Shown: one piece after another, positions 10,688 through 20,000 of the stretch | Layout: each line of letters opens with the position of its first letter | Numbering within the stretch: position 1 is the first letter of the stretch | Source of the DNA: Priapulus caudatus | Taxonomy: Eukaryota | DNA length: 20,000 nt | Direction: 5' to 3' | Assembly (NCBI RefSeq): GCF_000485595.1 | Contig: NW_014577075.1 | Location: 351,893 to 371,892 of the forward strand | Notes under the pieces: generated by a model | The model's database searches: none | What the model saw: only the letters and a program-made list of their open reading frames with translations | Told to the model about the DNA's origin: nothing | Made by a program: the position numbers and the translations under genes

Positions 10688-10690
<3 letters not shown>

Positions 10691-10694
10691 AGAC

Positions 10695-11147
10695 CTCTCA
10701 GCCGCTCATCTCTCTTGCCTCGCTCTGCTCTCTCTCCTCTCTCTCGATCTCTCTTCTCTCTCTCTCTCGCGCGCGGGCGCGCGCGCCGGTCTCTCTCTCG
10801 TCTCTCTTCTCCATCTCTCTTCGGAATATCTGCTCTGCTCTCTCTCTCTCTCTCTCTCCTCTGCTCTCTGCTCTCTCTCTGCGCGCGGGCGCGCTCGTCT
10901 CTTCTCTCTCTCTCTCTCTCTCTCGTTCATCTCTCTCTTCTCTCTCTTATCTCGGCTCTCTCGGTCAGCGTCTCTCTCTTCTCTCTCTCTCTCGTTCTCT
11001 CTTACTCCGCGAGCTGCGCGGCCCTCTTCGTCTACTCTCTCTGCTCTCCGCCCTGCTCTCGCGTCCACTCTCTCTCTGTCGTCTCTTTCTCTCTCTCTCT
11101 CCTCTTCTCTCCTTCTCTCTCCGTCTCTCTGCTCTCGTCTTCCAACT
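10695..11147. repeat. Noisy (CT)n tract
   Basis: CT dinucleotides with frequent random interruptions; ends at the 25-N gap. Confidence 0.85.
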
Positions 11148-11172
11148 NNNNNNNNNNNNNNNNNNNNNNNNN
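11148..11172. other. Assembly gap (25 N)
   Basis: 25 consecutive N. Confidence 1.
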
Positions 11173-13060
11173 CATATAAAATACTCATCTTCTTGCGAGC
11201 TGCTAATAAACTAATCAACTAATTAAGGCATTGGCAATATGAAAAAAATTGTTGACGAACCGTCACGTTACGTATGTTGCGAGGGCCTGAAATCATCATA
11301 TCAGTAATATCAGAGTAACTAATAAACAAGTCATTCATTATTCTTGATAATGTGATTACCCGCCGATCGAAAACGGACCCGTGAGTAAGTTAAGACAGCA
11401 CTAGCTGCTGCGGACGCTGCCGCACCGCTGCGGCTATCATGGGGCTGGCTGCATTGAGGACACCGATCGGCTGACAGCTTTCAACTCGAATTAGCCGCGT
11501 GCTCGCTTTACTTTCCGCCGCCCCTCCTGGGCGAATCGCCGCTCTCCGACCCGCGGGTGAGGAAGCCTTACGGCTGAGTTATGTGACGAGTGCTGCTTCG
11601 CATTACACGCGGGGCCGGCGTGAGAACAAGCTCGGCCTCCCGCCATCGCCCAGTGACCTCTAAAGCCGGCGCCGATGGCTAATGAAGCTCGCCTGTACTG
11701 ACCCGCGTGCACTGCGTAAGCCGGCGCGGGGTAATGAACGCTCGCATGCACGCTCTTCAACGGCGGTTCCCTTCCCCTTCCTCAGCCTCCACGATATTTA
11801 TCACCACTCTCCTCACGTGAGAACTATTCGCTTCACCCCTCGGCGGGTGGTGGCGACGCCCACCCCAGCCCCACCCCATCCCGCTACACCAGCCCCGGTG
11901 TGACAACTACGGCCGTTCGCTCGGGCATCCTGCGTGGTCTCACCAGCGCCCACCCACGTCCAGCTTACGATATGCTCACCTCCGTGATTACCCACCCCAC
12001 CCCACCCCATCGCTACAAACTATGCTCACCCTCGGTCTCACCCCACCGCCCTCCACCCCACCCCACGTTTACAAACTATTGCCCCTCACCCCTCGCGTCT
12101 CACTCCACCCCACCCCACCCCACGTTAAAACGTACTTTGCCCTCACCCCTCGATCTCACCCCACCCCACCCCACCCCACGTCACTAGTGCCTCACCCCTC
12201 CGGGCCCCCCCCCCGCGTACTAGTGTCGTTCATCCATTACTCACGATTACAATAATTGTTTCGCTTTCCCTCCCCCCCTCACCGTTACGGTCCAACTCTC
12301 GCTTTCAATTCTCAGCGTTACTTAACAACTACCGCTTCGCCCCTAAGTCTCCCACTCACCCACCTCCCCGCACAAGTATTTACGCCACTTCTCCACTTCC
12401 CGCTGAACACCTCATCCCTCCAGTCCCATTCATCGACCAGCCTCACTCTCGCTCGCGCTGCTAAGTCCCACCGCCCCCCTGCGGATTATCTGCCCTGCCC
12501 TAGATCTACCGACCTCCAATATTTGTATATTCCGATATGCGGCCGCTTGGCAGCGAAAAATCGCCACCCGAGTTGCACACGCAGGCCAGTTGTCGTTACT
12601 CCATTTCATTCTGCTCGACGCCGCATGTTGGTGGACTTTGCCACCTGAGCATTTGGTTGCTAGGAAGCGCTCCCGGACCGGCGAACCGGCAAATATGAGG
12701 CGGGCGCGTTATCAGCCATGCACAAAGTGAGAGCGGGGCTCGGGAATGATCGTGTACGCCGGCCACACCATGCTAGCTGGGTTTCCATCTGCGCTGCCGT
12801 CACATGCCGCCCCACTCGGCATAGACGGCGTACAACGTACGATACATACTTTACGTGCGTTACAAGCCACGCGGCGTGTTTTACGTAACTACTAAACTAC
12901 GGCGTCCGGAACCCCCGAGTCTAATGCTGAGAGGAACGGGGGGTGTAGTGGTTGTTTGTACGAGTGGCCTTGTACTCTCGCTCGCTGAATGGCGAATCGA
13001 GCTGGAGCGACCGCACGTGTCGCCCACTGTCCGCCGGTAGCGACTGCCGGACACATGGAC
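11173..13060 (+). repeat. Left arm of a long inverted repeat (partner 14651-16020)
   Basis: 11187-11227 is the exact reverse complement of 15978-16018 (41 bp), and 12953-12974 is the exact reverse complement of 14724-14745 (22 bp). The arms are colinear in between, with many indels. Confidence 0.93.
11812..12215. repeat. ~50-bp C-rich minisatellite (CGTACAACTATTGCTCACCCCTCGGTCTCACCCCACCCCACCCCACCCCA), about 6 copies plus a terminal variant
   Basis: Recurrent actattgc(c)tcacccctcg..tctcaccccacccca. The clean unit is visible in reverse complement at 15425-15474. Confidence 0.8.
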
Positions 13061-13063
13061 AGA

Positions 13064-14064
<1,001 letters not shown>

Positions 14065-14383
14065 GATGTGCGCACATTGGAGACGGCGGCATGGCGAACC
14101 ACACAAACCGAGGGGCCGCGCCGCGGTAATAGGCCATAGCTGCGCCTCGCCGCGAAGTCTCGGCGCCCGGGTGTGCTGTTCTGCGACTTGCGTGATACTG
14201 ATAGCAGCACAAATGACTGTAGCAATCGCTACGGCCACAACGATAGCGGGAAGTGGAGGCGTGAGCGTGGACGAATGCGAAAGATAGCAAGAGAGAAAGA
14301 GTGAGCGAGCGAGAGCGCGCTCGAGCCGACCGCTCACCTTGCCTAGCCTATCCCTGCTGTAGACGCTATCCTGGCTAGCTAGT

Positions 14384-14442
14384 TGGATGGCTGGATGGGC
14401 GTGAACGGATGGATGGGCGGGCGGACGGACGGACGGACGGAT
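14384..14442. repeat. Short (GGAT)/(GGAC) tetramer repeat
   Basis: ggatggctggatgggc...ggacggacggacggacggat. Confidence 0.7.
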
Positions 14443-14650
14443 AGGAGAACAAAATTCATAATGCATCGGTTAGTTTATTATGCAACTTTACTGCAGCGTG
14501 CCAGTCAGTATTTACTATAGCGCGTCCGCCCACTGTCAATGTCGGTGTATTGACTTTGTCCGTCTCTTTATCTCGCTGTCTCGGTATGTCCTTAACTCTG
14601 CTAGTGACAATCTATTTTTCTCCCGCGTTCTCGCTGTCGCTCTCGGTTTC

Positions 14651-16020
14651 GTCCATTGTCCGGCAGTCCTTAACAGCGGACAGTGGCGACACGGTCGTCA
14701 GCTCGTTCGCCATTCACGCGAGATACAAGGCCACTCGTACAAACACCACTACACCCCCCGTCCTCTGCACATAGACTCGGGGTTCGACGCCGTAGTTACG
14801 TAGTTACGTACAACAGCCGCGGTGGCTTGTACGCACGTAAGTATGTATCTACGGTTGTACGGCGTCTTGCCGGTGCGGCATGTGACGGCAGGCAGTGGAA
14901 CCGCTAGAGGTGTGGCCCGTACACGATCATTCCGAGCCCCGCTCTCACTTTGTCATGCTGATCGCTCCCGCCTCATATTTGCCTCGCCGGTCGGAGCGTT
15001 CCTAGCAACAAATGCTCAGGTGGCAAATCCATGCAAATGCGGCGTGCGAAGCAGATGAATGGGTAACGACAACTGCTGCGTTGCAACTCGGTGGCGATTT
15101 TTCGCTCAAGCGGCCGCATCATCGGAATATAATTTGAGGTCGGTAGACTAGGGCACGGCAGATAATCGCAGGGGGGCGGTGGGACTTAGCAGCGCGAGCG
15201 AGAGTGAGGCTGGTCGATGATGGGGACTGGAGGGATGAGGTGCTCAGGGTGAGAGTGGAGAGTGGCGTAATACTTGTGCGGGGAGGTGGGTGAGTGGGAG
15301 ACTAGGGGGCGAAGCAGTAGTTGTACGTAGGGTGAGAATGAAAGCGAGAGTTGTACGTAGGGTGAGGGAACGAAACAATTATTGTACGTGAGTAAGGATG
15401 AACGCACTAGTACGGGGGGGCCCGGAGGGGTGAGCAATAGTTGTACGTGGGGTGGGGTGGGGTGGGGTGAGACCGAGGGGTGAGCAATAGTTGTGCGTGG
15501 GAGAGTGGTGATCAATATGTGGAGCTGAGAAGGAGAGGGGAACCCGTGAAGAGCGTGCATGCGAGCTTATTACCGCCGGCTTAGAGGTCACTGGGAGACA
15601 GGCGAGCTTGTTACCGCGTGTAATGCGAAGCAGCACTGTCACATGAAGCTCAGCCGTGGGCTTCCTCACCGGCGGGTCGGAGAGCGTGCGTTCTGGGAGG
15701 GCGGCGGAAAGTAAAGCGAGCACGCCTAATTAGGTTGAAAGCTGTCAGCCGATCGTGTGTCATTGCAGCCAGCATGACTAGCCGCAGCGGTGCGGCCGCG
15801 GTCCGCAGCAGCTAGTGTGTCTTACTTACTCACTCGTTTATCGAGTCGGGCGTAATATATTATCAAGAGATAATAATACTTGTTATTATTAGCTCTTGAT
15901 ATTATGATATATGTATTTCCAGGCCCTCGGCACATATCGTAACGTACGTTCGTCAACATTTTTTTCATGATTGCCATCTTAATTAGTTGATTAGTTTATT
16001 AGCAGCTCGCAAGAAGATAT
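14651..16020 (-). repeat. Right arm of the long inverted repeat (partner 11173-13060)
   Basis: Same anchors as the left arm. Contains only one full 50-bp VNTR unit plus a partial unit (15425-15500) and a ~30-bp-period ttgtacgt repeat (15318-15390). Ends directly in (TA)n. Confidence 0.93.
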
Positions 16021-16165
16021 ATTATATATAACATTATATATATATATATATATGCGTGCGTGGGCGTACGTGCTTGGGCGTGCGTGCGTGCGTGTGCTCG
16101 CGTTCGTGCGTGTGTCTGCACTGCAGGCAGGGTCGTACGTGGGTGTGCGTGTATGCGTGTGTAGA
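16017..16165. repeat. (TA)n followed by a degenerate (GCGT)n microsatellite
   Basis: TA run at 16017-16053, then tgcg/cgtg repeats. Confidence 0.85.
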
Positions 16166-16923
16166 TCTATGTGTGCGCGCACACTATGCAGCAGGAGCGC
16201 AGTTATTAACGCAACCACTCTCTGCAAAACTAGTAAAATGGCAACATTCTGCTCTTCATTTATCATACTGCCGTGGACGGAGCACGCGATTGCGTTTTGG
16301 GGGAAATAAGGGAGTCACGACATCGGGCACTAATAACCCACGCGTTGCTATTAGTACTAAGTAGGCAGCCATAATTAAGCCGCCGTCATGCCTGCAACCT
16401 GCAGTATAATAGGGAGGCCTACCTAGAGCAGGGCTCGACGTGTGCGATTATATTGATATGTGATTATAATGATAATTCATAATGTAATAAAATTATATAA
16501 TATGTTTTGTTGGTAAGGTTATCTAAATGCAATTTAGATTCATATTAGAGTAATTAGATTATTATTTATTTAATTTTGTGTGTGTATGGTAGATAATTTA
16601 GGCTATATTTCGTTATGGTATATAATTTTGTTGAAAAGGTCTTTGATGATGATTCGATCTATGATTTACGCGGGTAGTGTTGCTTTACTTAAAGATTATA
16701 TTGCACATTATAAAAAATAGTCTTGTGAATGAAATTAGAAGAAGAAATATAGTCTTTAGAGGATTATGGAACATACACGGATGTACAGTCAAAATACAAA
16801 CCATGCACATTTTGGTGTATTTACACGACATTTGATATCTATGCTCGGCTCATGTGTGCACTCTTATGTCTATACTGCAGAGGGGATAGTAATAAGCCTG
16901 CGTGGTATCTATTGATGTTTTAA

Positions 16924-17641
16924 GGATACTCTCAAGGTTTTAGGAAATTTTTTACCGATTTTTCATTTTCAACTTTATTCGATGGCTAACACTATGTGCC
17001 ACCTGTGTACGAGCTCATTTCTCCATATAACGGTACATGTGAACTGTCAGAGCGTTTTGGTTGCCCGCGTACATGTGTAGTGAGCCGCGGCTGACGTCAC
17101 AAAAACGCTGATTTCTCCGTTCCAATTTCTGACTTAGTAGTCGATGTATAAATGGATATTTCTCTGTGATTACAACTCGGAATAATATAATTTTACACTC
17201 GTTTTAATGGTAACATATTGCTGTAAAAAAAAGTGCGTCAGGGATTGTTATTAAGTGCCGTATTTTATGAGTTATGTCTTTTTATTAGCAAACATTTTTA
17301 ATTCAAACGTGCGACTTGAATTTTAGACAGTTTTTTTATTTTTCTCTGTAAATATGAAACTTGAAGAAAAATCCTGATGCGCTATTTTGGTACATATTGT
17401 GCTTAACATGTGGCAAAAATTTTGTATCCTCACTCTTTCTGGTAATTGAGAAATATCCAAAATACCATTTTTACATAAAAATTCAAAATTTTTGTGGTAA
17501 TATCATTAGGTGCTAGAAATTTCCTAAAAAAATTTACCTTGAGCATAGAGATATCTCCTCTATAAATAAAACAAGTGATTGATTCGATTCATTCATTTTA
17601 ATCTTCATTAGAGCAATACCCGTGCAAGGTTGAGAGTATCT
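16924..17641. mobile_element. Non-autonomous Kolobok-type DNA transposon (718 bp)
   Basis: TTAA at 16920-16923 and 17642-17645. The 5' terminus GGATACTCTCAA matches the reverse complement of the 3' terminus (AGATACTCTCAA) at 11/12. RR...YY termini with a TTAA TSD are the Kolobok signature, whereas piggyBac begins with YY/CCC. The interior is AT-rich with no ORF of 60 aa or more. Confidence 0.8.
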
Positions 17642-18407
17642 TTAACCTATTTTAGCGCGCATAAAAACGTGTATGGTAAAAGTTAGAGCCTGTATTGGCC
17701 TACATTAGCGTGTACTGGTGTAGTAGTGATATAGCCTTTGTCACAAGTTTGTGTGTAATTATAATATCGTGTATTAGAAATTGTGTTGTAAATACTGTAG
17801 GATATATAAGCCTGTATTAGTATCAGCGTGTGTTGAGACATTTGCGTGCGAGGGTGACACAAATCTGACAGAAATTTGACAAAGAATTACAGATCTGCTT
17901 ATAGTCTTTGGTGCTGAAGAAGCGACGTGTATCTTCTAATTCAATGCGCTCATGCACTTCTGTTGTCGCATTATCTGAGCGTGAAGTGAGTGTGAGAGAA
18001 TGATATAGGCCGTTAAGCCTTACTGATGACACAACCTCGGAGAGAAAAAGATAGATCACCAAGGAAGGAGAAGGGAAACAGAGAAGAAGAGCCGAGGGCG
18101 AGAGAAAGAGAGGGAGGGGAAAGAGGGCGAGAAAGGCAGAGCTCAGATAGGCATGAACTTAACGTGAAAATGCGTCTATATAAGCCTCCTGTGTCCTTTA
18201 ATCACGTTCATGTTGCGTGCGCGGATAGATGGATAGACAAATAGGTGGGTGAATAGAGAGATAAGAGGTTTACGACACGACAATTTCGCAAACACCGTGC
18301 GTGATTTATCCAGACAAAGTACAATCGAAGTTAATTCGATTTACAATAACAGATTAGGAGGATTTCAGTAACAAGCGGCATGTTTATGCCATTGTCAACC
18401 TTCCCCA

Positions 18408-18506
18408 ACACACAGACGCACGCACGCACGCACGCACGCACACGCACCTACACGGGCACACACACACGCACACAGACACACACACACACGTGCGCGCACA
18501 CACGCA

Positions 18507-18538
<32 letters not shown>

Positions 18539-18579
18539 CACACACGCGATTATTTTGACGACACGAGGCGAGACTTATA

Positions 18580-18615
<36 letters not shown>

Positions 18616-18621
18616 CACACA
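18408..18621. repeat. Compound (GCAC)n/(CA)n microsatellites
   Basis: Two blocks, ~18408-18548 and ~18579-18621. Confidence 0.92.
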
Positions 18622-19390
18622 TCCTGGTAGTACGTTGTTCACTTCAAGGCCAGACAGGCTCTGATTTATCTCAACTACGACCATTACTCCTCGCCGCGCT
18701 GTGGTTAACTCTTGTACGCCCATCCCCCGCCGCCTCTCACCTGCTAATTAATCAAGGTGCTAAAGCATCTTACGACTTAAGAGCGGTCGCCGTAACCTTG
18801 CACCTGGTCTACCCGGGCGTCGGCAGTAAACTGTGGTGATCAATGGGTAGACGTATATACACGCGAAGCTTGGCGAAAAAAGCCGGCACGTATACACGAG
18901 ATCTACGCAGCTCATGTTCGAGCTTTTGTGAGCGATGTTAGCAATTGTGTCGCGCCCGGTGCATAGCGATTACAAAGATTTACAAACGCTTTGCGCTGAC
19001 CGAAAGTAATGCTGGGAGCGGTTACAGCGCCTCTTTCACTCACGACAACTGTATAGAAGAGGGGCAAGTAGGGAAGAAGAGGGGAAGGAAAAAATTCCAC
19101 CGCGACGGAAACCATGGCAGAGCCTAGAGCGAGCACAATGAGTGGACGGTGGGGGTAGTAGGAAATCTCGTACGTGTTACACTGCTGCAGATACAGTAAC
19201 AGCTATTAAATGTAGAGGGGAGAACTGCCACTGGAGCAGTAATATAATTGAAGAGGTAATAATTTTATATCATAGCAGTTTCGTCGCGTACGTGCAACTA
19301 CTATAGCCACCATCAGCGCTACTGTTCGCGACTTATCCTGTATAACTCGGGTGCAGAAGCTAGCGCGCACGGATATAGACATCATAAGAC

Positions 19391-19498
19391 CAGGAGTGAA
19401 TAATAGAGAATCTCTATAGAAATCTAATCGAATAGAATTCGATCTAATAAGATCTATCTATCTATCTATCTAATAGAAATCTCTATTATTCACTCCTG
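19391..19498. mobile_element. 108-bp palindromic mini-element (MITE-like) with perfect 19-bp terminal inverted repeats
   Basis: CAGGAGTGAATAATAGAGA (19391-19409) and TCTCTATTATTCACTCCTG (19480-19498) are exact reverse complements. The AT-rich interior contains (TATC)n. No TSD was detected. Confidence 0.6.
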
Positions 19499-20000
19499 TC
19501 AGTATAGATTCGCTGCTCTCGCTCTGTGTGCGTGGCGACCTCTATAGTCTGAACGCACCGGTGAGGGAGTGCAGCGAGATTACGGAGACAGCACGTCGGA
19601 AGCCGACGTCTGATTTATTTCGCCGCTGACGTCGGCGCTTGTCGCGAGCGCGCAGTCACGCCGCGGTCACAAAGGGTTGAACACGGCGCTGGTATACATA
19701 CACGCGGTGTTATCGGAGCAGCCCGACAATACAGTCGCTGTGTTCTCCAGCATTGACATGTAAAGACGGTCGTGTCCGAATGTTATGTGCGCCCGTGTGT
19801 CGGCCGTATTTGCGCGAGTGATTACGTCGACGACAGAGCGACGCGGGGCAGACATGCCCGCCGGGTGCGATAATAAGCTGAGTTAGGGTGCGCGAGGGAG
19901 GGGGGGTGGGGTGAACTAGTAGTGTCTCCATTCATGAGAGCTGTCTGTCGTGCGGAGAAGACGAGAAAAGGAGAGAGAGAGAGGGAGATTGGGAGGCAGC

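Noticed and set aside
16429..16440. hAT-like terminus CAGGGCTCGAC at the start of the AT-rich region
   Set aside because: No matching GTCGAGCCCTG partner or 8-bp TSD was found in the window.
19593..19636. Overlapping small hairpins (acgtcgg/ccgacgt; gccgacgtc/gacgtcggc)
   Set aside because: Stems of 7-9 bp built on a GACGTC palindrome, with no terminator, Helitron end or RNA-family context.

Overview
Repeat-rich, apparently non-coding eukaryotic genomic DNA from a draft assembly. It is probably an invertebrate animal (CpG is abundant and a Kolobok-type element is present), but the taxon cannot be fixed from the sequence. No prokaryotic-style genes, RNA genes or CRISPR arrays are supportable, and almost all long ORFs in the track are translations of microsatellites, minisatellites or N gaps. 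There are four gaps: 3107-3131 and 11148-11172 (exactly 25 N each), 3828-4529 and 8213-9090. Segments 1-3106 and about 10690-16020 look like noisy long-read gap fill. The best-supported elements are a 718-bp non-autonomous Kolobok-type DNA transposon with TTAA TSDs (16924-17641), a ~615-bp MITE-like element (5313-5927) and a 108-bp hairpin mini-element (19391-19498). Several minisatellites show higher-order structure. The most striking feature is a ~4.85-kb inverted-repeat structure (arms 11173-13060 and 14651-16020) whose arms differ in internal VNTR copy number. It is either a foldback-type element or an assembly chimera. I found no convincing novel protein-coding system.
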